Shown: positions 10,750 through 22,179 of the stretch, one piece after another
Layout: every line of letters begins with the position of its first letter
Position numbering within the stretch: the first letter of the stretch is position 1
From: an uncultured delta proteobacterium
GTDB lineage: Bacteria; Desulfobacterota; Binatia; UBA9968
Direction: 5' to 3'
NCBI GenBank assembly: GCA_963847445.1
Contig: CAWJZV010000046.1
Coordinates: forward strand, 224,001 to 288,000
Length of the DNA: 64,000 nucleotides
Translations under genes and position numbers: made by a program
Notes under the pieces: generated by a model
Seen by the model: the letters and a program-made list of their open reading frames with translations, nothing else
Database searches by the model: none
Told to the model about the DNA's origin: nothing

Positions 10750-11253
10750 ATGGACTCGAATGCAAGAACTCTAACCAATCTTGAACGCCGAACTCTAGAA
10801 GCGTTCGCCGAGCGGATTTTTCCCAAGACCGAGAGCCCGGGCGCGATCGAAATCGGCGCGGTGGATTATATCGAGATCGCCTTGGCAGGCGACTATGCGG
10901 CGTTGTTGCCGCTCTATCGCGCCGGTGTGAGAGCGCTCAACCGCCACGCCAAGACGAAGTGCGGTGGACAGTTCGCCCGCCTCGACGGGAAACGGCAGGA
11001 TGAGGTTCTCAAAGACTTCGAATCCGGCGCGATGGCGGGATTCAAAAAGGCCGCGGAGTTTTTCGACATGGTCAAGTATCATGTTTTCGAGGGACTGTTC
11101 TGCGAGCCGCAATATGGCGGCAACAAAAACATGGCCGGTTGGCGGCTAGTGGGATTTCCCGGCCAACAGTGGGGTTACCCAGACCCCTATATCAATAAGC
11201 CCGTCGACATCGAGCCGGTGGCGGTGGATTACACCAAGGCGGAGATGAAATAG
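10750..11253 (+). CDS. Gluconate 2-dehydrogenase subunit 3 family protein
   Basis: RIFP..SPGA, EGLFCEPQYGGNKNMAGWRLVGFPG. Confidence 0.9.
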   Translation: MDSNARTLTNLERRTLEAFAERIFPKTESPGAIEIGAVDYIEIALAGDYAALLPLYRAGVRALNRHAKTKCGGQFARLDGKRQDEVLKDFESGAMAGFKKAAEFFDMVKYHVFEGLFCEPQYGGNKNMAGWRLVGFPGQQWGYPDPYINKPVDIEPVAVDYTKAEMK

Positions 11254-11254
11254 C

Positions 11255-12956
11255 ATGGCGGATTCCATCGCGGATGTTTGTATTGTCGGCGTCGGCGGCA
11301 TGGGCGGCATCATGGCCAAGGAGCTGGCCTCCGCCGGGTTGAAAGTGGTGGGCTTTGAGCGCGGCCCGGCGCCGAAGAAAGAAGACTACGCGCCGCGCGA
11401 CTCGATCCGGTTTCTCATCCGTCCCGAGCAGCTCGAGTGGGTGCGCCATGAGCCGACGACGACGCGGAAACAGGCCGGACAGAAAACCAACTTGCAATAT
11501 CGCACGAGTCCCTTGAACGTGTTGGGCGGCGCTTTGCTGCATTGGACCGGACAGTCGTCGCGCTACATGCCCGGCGACTTCAAGATTTACAGCAATGAAA
11601 TCGCCAGCGGCAACGCCGAGCGCGCCAAGGCGGATCTCACCGGCTACGATATCATCGACTGGCCGCTCAGTTACGACGATCTCGAACCGTATTACGAAAA
11701 GTTCGAGTGGGAGTTCGGCATCTCGGGGCAGGCGGGGCTCAATCCCTTCGCCGGGCCGCGCCAGCGCGGCTTTCCGCTGCCGCCGCTGCGCCATAGCGGT
11801 AAGATGCAATTGTTCGCCGAGGCCTGCAAAAAACTCGGCTATCATCCCTACGACACGGCCGCCGGCATCGCGTCGCAGCCTTACAAGCCGGCGGCGCCTT
11901 TCGACACGCGCATCGATGAGCGGCCGGCCTGCGTTTACTGCGCGCCACTGCAACTTCTATGGCTGCCATGTGCACGCCAAGTCGGCGTCGCTCTACATCA
12001 CGATTCCGGTGGCAGTGAAGACCGGCAACTTCGAGCTCAAGACCAATGCCAAAGTCTGCCGCATCAACAGCGACGCCAGCGGCCAGGTCACCGGCGTGAA
12101 TTACTTCGATGCCGACGGCCGCGCGCACGAGCAGCGCGCGCGAGTGGTGATCTTGAGCGCGTTTATCTTCGAGCATGCGCGTTTGCTGCTATTGTCGAAG
12201 ACCGATTCGGGGAAATTCGCCAAAGGCTTGGCCAACTCCAGCGGTTACGTTGGCCGCAATATTCTTGCTCATGGCGATGTCCGCGCCATGGGCGCCTTCG
12301 ACGATTTTATCATCAACGGTTACATCGGTCCCGGCTCGGCGGCCATGCGCATCGACGATTTCAATGGCAACAATTTTGACCATACCGGCCTGGGTTTTAT
12401 CCGCGGCGGCACCATCGGCACCAGCGGCGACGGCACGCCGGTGACGCGGGTCGATGTCTTGCCGCCGGATGTGCCGACCTGGGGCAGGGAGTTCAAGGAG
12501 TTCTATCAACGCTATTACAACCGGATCATGGATTTGAATATGCAGCCGGAGACTTTGCCGCACAAAGCCAATCGCATCGATCTCGATCCGCGCGCGCGCG
12601 ACCGCTGGGGGCTGCCGCTGCCGCGGGTGACCTTCGATTTCCACCAGAACGAGCATCGGCTGCAAAAGTACATGGCCGGCGTGGGTGATCGAATCATGCG
12701 CGCCACCGGGGCGAGCAAAGTATGGACGGAGGAGAAGGGCCGGCCCAACCGCTGGGCCGGCGGCACGCGCATGGGCGCCAGCCCGAAAAATTCCGTCGTC
12801 AATCACAACTGTCAGACCCACGATATTGCCAATCTCTTCGTGGTCGGCGCCTCGGTGTTTCCAACTATGGCCGGTTATCCGCCGACTGCGACCGTGGCGG
12901 CGTTGAGTTATCGGACCTCGGAGTTTATTTTGCAGCAGAAGGATTGGTTCAAGTAG
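11255..12956 (+). CDS. GMC oxidoreductase, gluconate-2-DH flavoprotein-like (frameshift near 11940)
   Basis: DVCIVGVGGMGG, GGALLHW, DWPLSYDDLEPYY, CVYC..CNFYGC, DRWGLPLPRVTF, NLFVVGASVFP. Confidence 0.9.
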
Positions 12957-12970
12957 AATAGAAGAAAAAA

Positions 12971-13063
12971 TTGGAGTGATGGAGTAATGAACTGGAGAAA
13001 TGGAGTATTGGAGTGGTGGAGTAATGGGTTTTCGCACCCAACACTCCAGTACTCCATCACTCC
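12971..13063. repeat. 8-nt-period GGAGTRnT hairpin repeat
   Basis: TGGAGTGATGGAGTAAT...GGAGTATTGGAGTGGTGGAGTAAT, then the inverted ACTCCAGTACTCCATCACTCC. Confidence 0.75.
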
Positions 13064-13090
13064 GTTCGTCCAATCTCAGCGGGAGGTTTT

Positions 13091-14115
13091 ATGAAACGCA
13101 TCGTTATTTGTTTCGATGGCACTTGGAACAGGCCGGCGGAGGAGTCGCTGCCGAGCGATCAGCAGGTGGAAACCAACGTGCGGCGGTTTTACGAGTCGAT
13201 TCGCCAACAGTCGGCCGATGGCGTGAAACAAGTGAAATGGTACGACGAAGGGGTCGGCACTCAATGGTACGACCGGGTGATCGGCGGCGGCATCGGCGCT
13301 GGGTTGGAGACTGAATATTGTCCAGGGCTATGAGTTCTTGGCCAAGGCGTACGAAGACGGTGACGAGATTTACGTGCTCGGTTTCAGCCGTGGCGCCTAC
13401 ACGGCGCGCAGCCTCGTGGGCATGCTGCGCAACTGCGGTCTGATCCATCCCAAGCATCTCGCACTGCGCGTCGCGATGGCCTACGGCATTTACCGCACGC
13501 GGGACGATAATGCCGATTCGTTCACGGCCAAGCTCTTCCGTTCTTCGTTTTGCCGCGAGGTTAAGATCAAATTCATCGGCGTTTGGGATACCGTCGGCGC
13601 CCTCGGCGTGCCGCTCGACATTCTCAAAGACTGTGAACATGAAGTTCTACGAGTTCCATGACACCAATCTCAGCGGCATCGTCGAAAACGCCTATCATGC
13701 CATGGCAGTCGACGAGCATCGCCAAGACTATGACGTCTGCCGGTGGAGCCCGGTGGAAAAGCCGCAGCAGAATCTTGAGCAGCGCTGGTTCATCGGTGCG
13801 CACTGCGATGTCGGCGGCGGCTACCCGGACCGGCGCTTGTCCGACATGGCGCTGCGCTGGATGCAGGACAAAGCCAGCGCGCTGGGCTTGGCGCTCGACG
13901 CCGTCGCCATTGACGCCAAGAGTTATCTCGGCGAATCCACCGACTCCTACGCCAAGTTTCTCAAAGGCGTCTACGCCAAGCGCAACGCGCGCCACTACCG
14001 TGCCATCGGCGCGTCCAAGTTCGGCAATGAAGTGGTCGACCCGTCGGTGCAGCAGCGTCGAAAGGAGGACCGCGACTATGAGCCGCAAAACGATGAGTTG
14101 CCGAAGCTGGTGTGA
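13091..14115 (+). CDS. DUF2235 (Tle1-like alpha/beta hydrolase); two frameshifts
   Basis: KRIVICFDGTWN, ETNVRR, YDEGVGT, GFSRGAYTARSL, GVWDTVG, HAMAVDEHR, WFIGAHCDVGGGY. Confidence 0.9.
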
Positions 14116-14127
14116 TACACTCTGAGG

Positions 14128-14976
14128 ATGGTTATTGGGGTACGGAAGCTTTTTGTTTGCGTTTCGCTATGTGCGCTCGGCTTGGGCTTGTGGGCGTTTT
14201 GGCTCGAGCCGGCGAGTCTTAATAACGAGGACCATGAACTGACACTGCCGGGATGGCCAAGCAGCTGCGATGGCTTGCGTGTCGCAGTCTTGGCCGATCT
14301 GCATGTAGGCTCGCCGTTCAACGGCATCGATAAGCTGGAGCAAATTGTCGATTTAACGCTTAAGGCCAAGCCCGATCTGATTTTGCTCGCCGGCGACTAC
14401 ATCATTCATGGCGTGGTCGGCGGGAAGTTTGTCGAGCCGGAAACCATCGCCAAGGGACTGCAACGCTTGGCTGCGCCGCTCGGTGTGTTTGCCGTGCTCG
14501 GCAATCATGATCGTTGGCCGGGCGGCGAGGGGATTCGTGCGGCGATGGAGTCCAACGGCATTAAAGTTCTCGACGACGCTTCGATCCCGTTGAAATTGGC
14601 AGAATGCCGGATTTGGCTGGCCGGCTTGAGCGATTTCTGGACCGGTGCGCGCGCATATCAAGCGGCGTTGGCGCCCATCCCACAGGGCGCGCCCGTCATA
14701 GCTTTCACGCACAATCCGGACAGCTTTCCGGTACTGCCGAAACCAGTCAGTCTGACCATTGCCGGGCACACTCATGGCGGCCAGGTTCGCTTGCCGCTGT
14801 TGGGGCGGTTGGTGGTGCCGTCGGACTATGGCGAGCGTTATGCCATCGGCCATGTGGTTGAGAACGGCCGCCATCTGTTCGTCAGTCCGGGACTCGGCAC
14901 AAGTATTTTCCCCGTGCGGTTTTTAGTCCCGCCGGAAGTGTCGGTGCTGACGCTGCGCTCCGACAAGCCCAACTAG
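14128..14976 (+). CDS. Metallophosphoesterase (YkuE/YaeI-like)
   Basis: DLH, GD, GNHD, HNPD, GHTHGGQ, GLGTS motifs; N-terminal TM. Confidence 0.92.
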   Translation: MVIGVRKLFVCVSLCALGLGLWAFWLEPASLNNEDHELTLPGWPSSCDGLRVAVLADLHVGSPFNGIDKLEQIVDLTLKAKPDLILLAGDYIIHGVVGGKFVEPETIAKGLQRLAAPLGVFAVLGNHDRWPGGEGIRAAMESNGIKVLDDASIPLKLAECRIWLAGLSDFWTGARAYQAALAPIPQGAPVIAFTHNPDSFPVLPKPVSLTIAGHTHGGQVRLPLLGRLVVPSDYGERYAIGHVVENGRHLFVSPGLGTSIFPVRFLVPPEVSVLTLRSDKPN

Positions 14977-15009
14977 TGTCGCGCCTGGAACGCGATTTCT
15001 CTTCATCCA

Positions 15010-15140
15010 TTATTCCGGCATAGACCGGAATCCATACCTTATCGTCACCCCGGTGAAAACCGGGGTCCATCCCCATCCCTCAACCTGGATACCGTTTTTC
15101 AACGGTATGACGGACATAATCCGTCACCTGGATTCCCCTA
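15010..15140. repeat. REP-like composite repeat (family A), near-identical core to 50075-50205
   Basis: CCTGGATACCGTTTTTCAACGGTATGACGGAC...TCCGTCACCTGGATTCC shared with 50110-50162. Confidence 0.8.
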
Positions 15141-15327
15141 CCGTTCTCCAACGGTGTGACGGACGCATTGGCACTAGATGCCGGCTGGAGTATATCTTGT
15201 GCGTAGACGAAAGGCCGGCATGACGATAAAGGCGCTTGCGAACATGTGTGCCGTCGCCGCGCTCGACCGTTCGCGTCGGCTGCCGAGTCCCGATATACTC
15301 ATCGCGTTTCCGCCTAGAATCGACCCA

Positions 15328-15990
15328 ATGACAACGCCACTCGATATTCTCGTCACCGGCGGCACCGGCTACATCGGTCAGCATCTTATTCCACTGCTCA
15401 TTGCGCGCGGCCATCGGGTGCGCGTGCTGGCGCGCGATCAGTCGATGAGCCGCGTGCCCAGCGGCGCGGCAGGAGTGAAGGGTGATGCGCTAAGCGCCGA
15501 ATCCGTTGCCAGCGCGCTTCTTCCGGGCGATACCGTGATCCATCTTGTCGGCACGCCCCATCCGAGTCCGAGCAAAGCGGATCAGTTCGAGAAAGTCGAT
15601 CTGGTATCGATCCGTTCGACGGTTAGGGCGGCGCAAAAGGTCGGCATTGCCCATCTGATTTATGTCAGTGTCGCTCAGCCGGCGCCGATCATGCAGGCTT
15701 ATCTCTGGGTGCGCATGTTAGGAGAAACGATGATTCGCGAAGCCGGCCTGACGGCGAGCATCGTCCGGCCTTGGTATGTACTGGGTCCCGGCCACTGGTG
15801 GCCCAAACTGATCCGGCCGCTGTACAAGCTCGCCGACTTGATACCGTCGCTGCGGCCGATGGTCGAGCGCTTGGGGCTTCTAAATATCGAACAGATGGTG
15901 ACCGCGATGGTGTACGCTGTGGAAAATCCGCCGGAGATTGGCCAGCGGCGCATTTACGACGTGCCGGCGATTCGCCGGGCGAAGTTGTAA
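15328..15990 (+). CDS. Atypical SDR / NAD(P)-binding epimerase (NDUFA9-like)
   Basis: ILVTGGTGYIG Rossmann motif; IVRPWYVLGPG. Confidence 0.85.
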   Translation: MTTPLDILVTGGTGYIGQHLIPLLIARGHRVRVLARDQSMSRVPSGAAGVKGDALSAESVASALLPGDTVIHLVGTPHPSPSKADQFEKVDLVSIRSTVRAAQKVGIAHLIYVSVAQPAPIMQAYLWVRMLGETMIREAGLTASIVRPWYVLGPGHWWPKLIRPLYKLADLIPSLRPMVERLGLLNIEQMVTAMVYAVENPPEIGQRRIYDVPAIRRAKL

Positions 15991-16059
15991 AGGTTATGAA
16001 TTTCCTGTCTAAGAATTGGTTTGGTTGGCCCGGTGTTCTCAAGAGACTAGGTCGTATCT

Positions 16060-16140
16060 GTCATTCCGAGGCGACGCCGAGGAATCTCGTCTTCGCAAGG
16101 GGCAGACAAGTCGAGATCCCTCGCTGTGCTCGGGATGACA
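16060..16140. repeat. REP-like inverted repeat
   Basis: TGTCATTCCGAGGCGACGCCGAGGAATCT...GAGATCCCTCGCTGTGCTCGGGATGACA. Confidence 0.7.
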
Positions 16141-16197
16141 GGAAAGGGATGTTTCGATCCATCATTCCAAACTAAGTCCTTGATCAGGATCTACGCC

Positions 16198-16512
16198 GTG
16201 GAAACAAAGAATCTATTGGCCAATCTTACGAGCCCCCAGAGCGGCGAAGAATTTCTGACCCTATTCGACAACGCCAACGTCAAGATCGAGCGCATCGTTT
16301 CTCATGGCCACGCGAGCCCGGCGGGCTTCTGGTACGATCAGGAAGAAGACGAGTGGGTCGCGGTCTTACGCGGCACGGCGACTTTAGAATTCGCCAGCGG
16401 CGAGCAAGTGGATTTGCAAGAGGGCGACTACTTAACGATTCCGCGCCATGTGCAGCATCGCGTCGCGCGCACGAGTGAAGAGACGGTCTGGCTGGCGGTT
16501 CATCTAAGATGA
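16198..16512 (+). CDS. Cupin-domain protein
   Basis: IERIVSHGHASP.GFWYDQEEDEWV...IPRHVQHRV. Confidence 0.88.
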   Translation: METKNLLANLTSPQSGEEFLTLFDNANVKIERIVSHGHASPAGFWYDQEEDEWVAVLRGTATLEFASGEQVDLQEGDYLTIPRHVQHRVARTSEETVWLAVHLR

Positions 16513-16518
16513 ACCGCC

Positions 16519-16612
16519 GTTCAATGTTCAAACGTTCAAAAGTTCAACGTCAGATCACGCAGATCGCGATCCCAGTCCGAAACCTTGAACCGTTGAACCT
16601 TGAACTTTTTAA
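16519..16612. repeat. GTTCAA/TTGAAC short-period hairpin between convergent genes
   Basis: GTTCAAT GTTCAAAC GTTCAAAA GTTCAAC ... TTGAACCG TTGAACC TTGAAC. Confidence 0.75.
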
Positions 16613-16618
16613 CGGTGC

Positions 16619-17872
16619 TTATTGCGGCGCCGGCCTGACCCACGGTTTTTCCAACAGGCTGTAAAAAATCCCCGCAAGAAAAAACATTACGACCAGGCCC
16701 CAAAGCAAAGGCTCATAGGTCTGCCAGCGGTCCCAGATGGCGCCGGCGACCACCGGGCCGGTGACACTGCCCCAGACGTAGAACACGCTCATGTAACCGC
16801 GAATTTTGGCGAAGTGTTTGCGGCCAAAAATATCGCCGACCATGGCCCAAGCAACGGGATAGGTCGACTCGACGGTGGTGAACAGCAGCGTGAAGAGTAA
16901 CAGCGGCGCCATCGACGAGCCGAATATCGGCAGCAGTATGGAGCCGCCGGCGACGAAAAGAATCACCGAGATCATCCGCGGTTTGTTCATCGAGTCGGCG
17001 AGCCAGCCCAACAACACCGTCGACGTAAAGCCGAGAAAGGCAAACGCGCTCAAGAGAAATGTCGCTTGTTGCGGGCTCATGCCTTTCCAGATCATCATCG
17101 GGATGAAGTGGGTGGAGATGGCATGATAGGACGCGTTGCGCACTGCGGCGCCGAAGACCAAGGCCCAGAAGGCAAACGAGCGCATCGCTTGGCGCGGCGT
17201 GATCTCGACCTCGCCGGCGGACTGCGCTGCGTTGGTGCGATCGTGAAACGCTTGTTGGCTTTCGCCGTCCGGCAGCAGTCCCATGCTCTCGGGCGAGCGC
17301 CGGATGGTGAGACAGAGCGGGATGCCAAAAACTAGAAACGATACTCCGGCGAAGGCCGCGCCCCAACGCCAACCCCAGCTGTGCACGATCATGCTCAGGA
17401 TCGGCGCGATCAGCACGCCGCCGAGGCCGTAGGCGGCGCTGTTGATCGTCATGGCGCGGGCGCGCCAACGGATGAACCAAGTGTTGATCAGCGTCATCGG
17501 CGCGTGCATGAAGCCGCCCGAATGGGTGAGCGAGATCAGCACCGTATAAACCAGCACGAAGCTCCAGTAGCTCTCGACTTGCGACAGCAGCAGATAACCG
17601 ATGCCCATGAGCGTGACCGTGGCGATCATCACCGGCCGCGGTCCGTAGCGGTCGAGCAGATGGCCGACGATGGGCCCTTCGATGGCGCCCTCGGCGCGCG
17701 CCAATGAAAACGCGAAGGAAGTTGCCGTGCGGCTGAGATTCAATTCTTGGCTGAGCGGCAGAAAGAACACCGTGAAGCCGTAACTATGCAGTCCGGCGCC
17801 GAGCAACCGCACCGCGGCGGAAGCGCCGACCATATGCCAGCCGTAAAAAAGGCCGGAGAGTTTTTTGAACAT
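16619..17872 (-). CDS. MFS transporter
   Basis: Intact 417 aa, about 12 TMs, FYGW.MV, GHLLDRYGPR, GDIFGRKHFAKIRG. Confidence 0.92.
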   Translation of the reverse strand: MFKKLSGLFYGWHMVGASAAVRLLGAGLHSYGFTVFFLPLSQELNLSRTATSFAFSLARAEGAIEGPIVGHLLDRYGPRPVMIATVTLMGIGYLLLSQVESYWSFVLVYTVLISLTHSGGFMHAPMTLINTWFIRWRARAMTINSAAYGLGGVLIAPILSMIVHSWGWRWGAAFAGVSFLVFGIPLCLTIRRSPESMGLLPDGESQQAFHDRTNAAQSAGEVEITPRQAMRSFAFWALVFGAAVRNASYHAISTHFIPMMIWKGMSPQQATFLLSAFAFLGFTSTVLLGWLADSMNKPRMISVILFVAGGSILLPIFGSSMAPLLLFTLLFTTVESTYPVAWAMVGDIFGRKHFAKIRGYMSVFYVWGSVTGPVVAGAIWDRWQTYEPLLWGLVVMFFLAGIFYSLLEKPWVRPAPQ

Positions 17873-18044
17873 TCGAATGTTACGATGAACCTAGGCGGCG
17901 CGATGAAACGAAAGGCAAATAGTGAAAATGAGAAAGGTAAAATCTGAAACTGGATGATAGGGGACTAAGATTTGCGCAAGCGGCGAAGCTATTCAATGCG
18001 ATCCAATTCTTGCCTTTCAACTTTTCAATTTTACCATTGATTTC

Positions 18045-19131
18045 CTATTCCGCTTCGCCGTTTTCCGCGGCTTTCAGCCGGCGTTGGCGCACGGCGTCGG
18101 CGAAGGTATCGATCAAGGCGCGGCTGTCTTCCCAACCGACGCAGGCGTCGGTGATGCTTTGGCCGTAGATCAGGGTTTTGCCCGGGATGAGATCTTGGCG
18201 GCCGGCTTTGAGGTGGCTTTCGATCATGACGCCGAAGATGCGCGCGTCGCCGGCGGCGACTTGGCCGGCGACGTCTTGGCCGACGCCGACCTGCTTGGCC
18301 GGCTCTTTGCCGCTGTTGCCGTGGCTACAGTCGATCATGATGCGCGCGGCGATGCCGGATTCGGCAAGACTCTTAGCCTGCGGCATCGACGTTGGCGGCG
18401 TCGTAGTTGGGCTGCTTACCGCCGCGTAGGATGATATGGCAGTCTTCATTGCCGAGGGTCGAGACGATGGCGGAATGGCCGTCTTTGGTCACCGACAAAA
18501 AATGATGCGGCGCCTGGGCGGCGCGGATGGCGTCCATGGCGATGCGCACGTTGCCGTCGGTGCCGTTCTTGAAGCCGACCGGACAAGACAGGCCGGAGGC
18601 GAGTTCGCGGTGCACCTGGCTTTCCGTGGTTCTGGCGCCGATGGCGCCCCAGGAGACCAGGTCCGCGGTGTACTGCGGCGAGATCATGTCGAGGAATTCG
18701 CAGCCGGCGGGCATGCCGGAGTCGTTGAGCTCGCGCAGCAGTTGCCGGCCGACGCGCAGTCCATCGTTGATTTGAAAACTGCCGTCGAGATTAGGATCGT
18801 TGATCAAGCCTTTCCAGCCCACCGTGGTACGCGGCTTTTCAAAGTAGACGCGCATGACGATCAACAAATCGGCGGCGCAGCGTTCTTTGACTTCCTTCAA
18901 GCGCGCGGCGTATTCCTTCGCCGCTTTGACATCATGGATCGAGCACGGGCCCATGATGACCAACAAGCGGTCGTCGGCGCCATGCAGAATCCGATGGATG
19001 TCGCGGCGGGCTTCGAACACCGTCTGCGCCGCTTTGTCGCCGATGGGAATGTCAGCCAGCAGGCGGCCTGGCGGTAGTAACTCTTTGATCTCTTTAATTC
19101 TTAGGTCGTCGGTTTGATATTTCATGATCAT
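18045..19131 (-). CDS. aroG: Class I-alpha DAHP synthase (frameshift near 18380)
   Basis: GPCSIHD, MRVYFEKPRTTVGWKGLINDP, IGARTTESQVHRELASG, FKNGTDG, DCSHGNS, YGQSITDAC. Confidence 0.93.
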
Positions 19132-19351
19132 TCGTTTCAGGATTCGATCGAGGTATTATAGACAAAATTCCCCGGAAATCTATCGGAGGAAACGGCGGCT
19201 ATGATACGTTGGCGATCCCGGTGACTCGAGCAAGAGAGACTTCTCAGCTGGCGCTCGATCAACGACAGACTAAGACACGCGTGTCATGCCCGCAACGATT
19301 AGAGAGAATCGTCAGACCAAATCGAACCATCACTAGTCCCGCGGCGCCGGG

Positions 19352-20581
19352 TTACTTTTCGAGGGTTTCGCGCGCCATGACGGCGAGCAGGACGGCGGCC
19401 AGAATCAATAGCGGCGCGTAGGCGAGGAAGGGCACGCCCGGATTGAACTTGTCGACCAGGATAGCCGCCGATCAGCGGCGCGCTGACGCCGCCGATCTCG
19501 GCCAGAGTCCGTCGCAGCGCTTGTAAGCGGCCGCGGGCATGGACCGGCACGACGTCGAAGGTCGAAGTGGCTAGCGAGCCGAGCGATAGCCCGTTGGCGA
19601 TGCCGAGAAACGACAGCAGGACGGCGAGCTGGAAAAAAGTGTCGGCGAAGGGGATCAACAAAAACGCGATAGCAGGTATCCCCGTGCTCGGCACCGTGGC
19701 CCACTTGCGGCCGACTTTGTCGATGACGAAACCGGCGGGCAAGATCATCACGAAGACCGATAAACCGGAGATGGTAAACAGCAGGCCGATGTCCTTGGGC
19801 GTTAAGTGAAGCATCTCGCTGGCGAACACGGGCACGATGCTTTGGGTCGTCACCCGGTGGGCGAAACTGGTGAAGGTGGCGAGCACGAGCACGATGTAGG
19901 TGGCGCGCAGCTCGGGACGAATCTCGTAGAACAGATCTCTGATGCCGCGCAGCCGTTCGGCCGAGAGCTTTGATAGCTCCAGCCCATTGTTGCCGGTCTC
20001 GCTGGGGACTGGCGGGACGGGATGGTGACTGGCTTCAAGCTGCCAACCGATCAGGGTCGATACCCCGGCGCACGCGCGCGTAGGCGAGAAACACCGAGCG
20101 AAAACCGATATGCTCGGTGAGCAAACCGCCGATCAGCGGGCCGAAGGCGAGGCCCAAATAGTTGATGCCGTGAAAGCCGCTCAACACTCGGCCGCGTTGA
20201 TCGGCGCGCACCAGGTCGACGCCGGCGATCTCGCGGGCGATCACCCAAATACTGTCGGCGATGCCGATGAAAAATACCGGCACTAGAATTAAGCGTGAAC
20301 CATGGCATGAACGACGCGAGGATCGCCGACAGGCAAGCCATCAATGGCCCGGCGATCAACGCCGCGCGCGCGCCGAAGCGATCGAGGACAAGGCCGCTGA
20401 TCGGCATGCCGGCAAAGCGACCGACGGAAAGCGCGGTGATCAACTGCGCCGCCGTGCCGGGTGTGATGGCAAAATGTTTGGCCAACACCGGAATCGTCGG
20501 CACCACCATCGCCCACATGCCGGCCATGAGTGTGCTGGTGTAAAGTGTGATCAGGCTGCGAGTCGTCGATGTGAGCGGCAT
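19352..20581 (-). CDS. MFS transporter (several frameshifts)
   Basis: Fragments 20051-20581, 20035-20283 and 19299-19892 with GLVLDRFG and GFVIDKVGRK motif-A copies. Confidence 0.82.
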
Positions 20582-20642
20582 GGGTGTCGTGCGAGGGTGA
20601 CTGCTTTATGCCCAATTGAGGTGCTTGGATAAACATCGATTT

Positions 20643-20722
20643 ACACCACGAACGCACCAAGAGCACGAAGGTTTCGAATGAATTATATGCCGAACTTCGT
20701 GTGCTTCGTGCCTTCGTGGTGA
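20643..20722. repeat. CACGAAG/CTTCGTG hairpin repeat
   Basis: CACCACGAACGCACCAAGAGCACGAAG...CTTCGTGTGCTTCGTGCCTTCGTGGTG; related elements at 52143-52245 and 55036-55322. Confidence 0.7.
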
Positions 20723-20766
20723 AACAATCCGGTGACTGTAATACAACTGTGACACCATCGCAATTT

Positions 20767-22035
20767 TCATCGCAGGCGGCCGGTGGCGCGGGACCAGGAA
20801 TTGGACAGACTGGCGAAGAAAATCCCGGCGCCGGCGAAGACGCCGATCAGCGCCCAGAGCAGCGGCTGGTAGGTTTGCCAGCGATCGAACACGGCGCCGG
20901 CCAACACCGGTCCCAAGACGCCGCCCCAGGTGTAAAACAGTCCCATGTAGCCGCGAATCTTGGCGAAGTGTTTGCGGCCGAATAAATCGCCGGCGATGGC
21001 CCAGCCGACGGTGTAGGTGGCTTCGACGGCGGCGAACAGCATGGTGAAAAGCGCCATGAGCCAGAACGAGCTGGTGTAGATCGGCAACAGCATGGCGAGG
21101 GCGGCGCTGAATAATATCAGCGCGCATAGACCGCGGCTTATGGGCGCGGTCGGCGTACCAACCAAAAATCAGAGTCGACGCCATGCCGAGAAAGGCAAAC
21201 GCGCTCAGCAACCAAGCGCGCTTCCTGCTGGCTCAGTCCTTTCCAGATCATCAGCGGAATGAAATGGACGGACACCGCGTGGTAAGACGCGTTGCGCACG
21301 CCGCTGGCCAGTACCGAGCCCCAGAAGGCGAACGAGCGCAATGCTTGAGCGAGGGTGACTTCCGACTCGGCGCGCGGCGCTTGGCCGGCGCGGTCGTCGC
21401 TTGCCAGCGCGTCCGGCGGCGCGTCGCCGTCGGGCAACAGTCCCATGCTCTCCGGTGAGCGGCGTATGGTCGAGACATATCGGTAGACCGACGACTAGAA
21501 AGGTCATGCCGGCCACCACCGCGCCCCAACGCCAACCCCAGGCTTGAACGACCAGGCTCAAGAGCGGCGCGATCAGCACGCCGCCGAGGCCGAAGGCGGC
21601 GCTGTTCAATGTGATCGCGCGGGCGCGTTGGCGGATGAACCAGGTGTTGATCAGCACCATCGGCGCATGCATGAAGCCGCCGGCATGGACCAGTGAAATG
21701 ATGCCGAGGTAGACGACTAAAAAACTCGCGTAGCTGTCGACCTGGGAGAGGATCAAGTAACCTATTCCCATGAGCAACGCGGCCGTTAGCATGATCGGCT
21801 TGGGACCGTAACGGTCGAGCAGGTGGCCGACGATGGGGCCTTCGATGGCGCCCTCGGCGCGCGCCAGGGAAAAAGCCAGAGACGTCGCTGTGCGATTGAT
21901 GTTCAAGTCTTGGCTTAGCGGCAAAAAGAATACCGTGAAGCCGAAACTATGCAGCCCGGCGCCGAGCACGCGCAGCGCCGAGGCGACGCCGACCATGCGC
22001 CAGCCGTAGTACAGCCCGGAGAGTTTAGCGAGCAA
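20767..22035 (-). CDS. MFS transporter, close paralog of 16619-17872 (frameshifted)
   Basis: Shares LGAGLHS.GFTVFFLPLSQ, FSLARAEGAIEGPIVGHLLDRYGP and FGRKHFAKIRGYM with the other copy. Confidence 0.88.
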
Positions 22036-22179
22036 GAAAATTGTCCTGTCTGGCGAATTGGCACTTCACGAATCACATCTGACTTAGCACGAGGTTGTCT
22101 GCAAAGGAAAGAACCTTACAAGGTTCACCGTTGGAAATCCGACTCTTGCCTTGAACTTTTTAACTTTGAAGCCGCGGAA

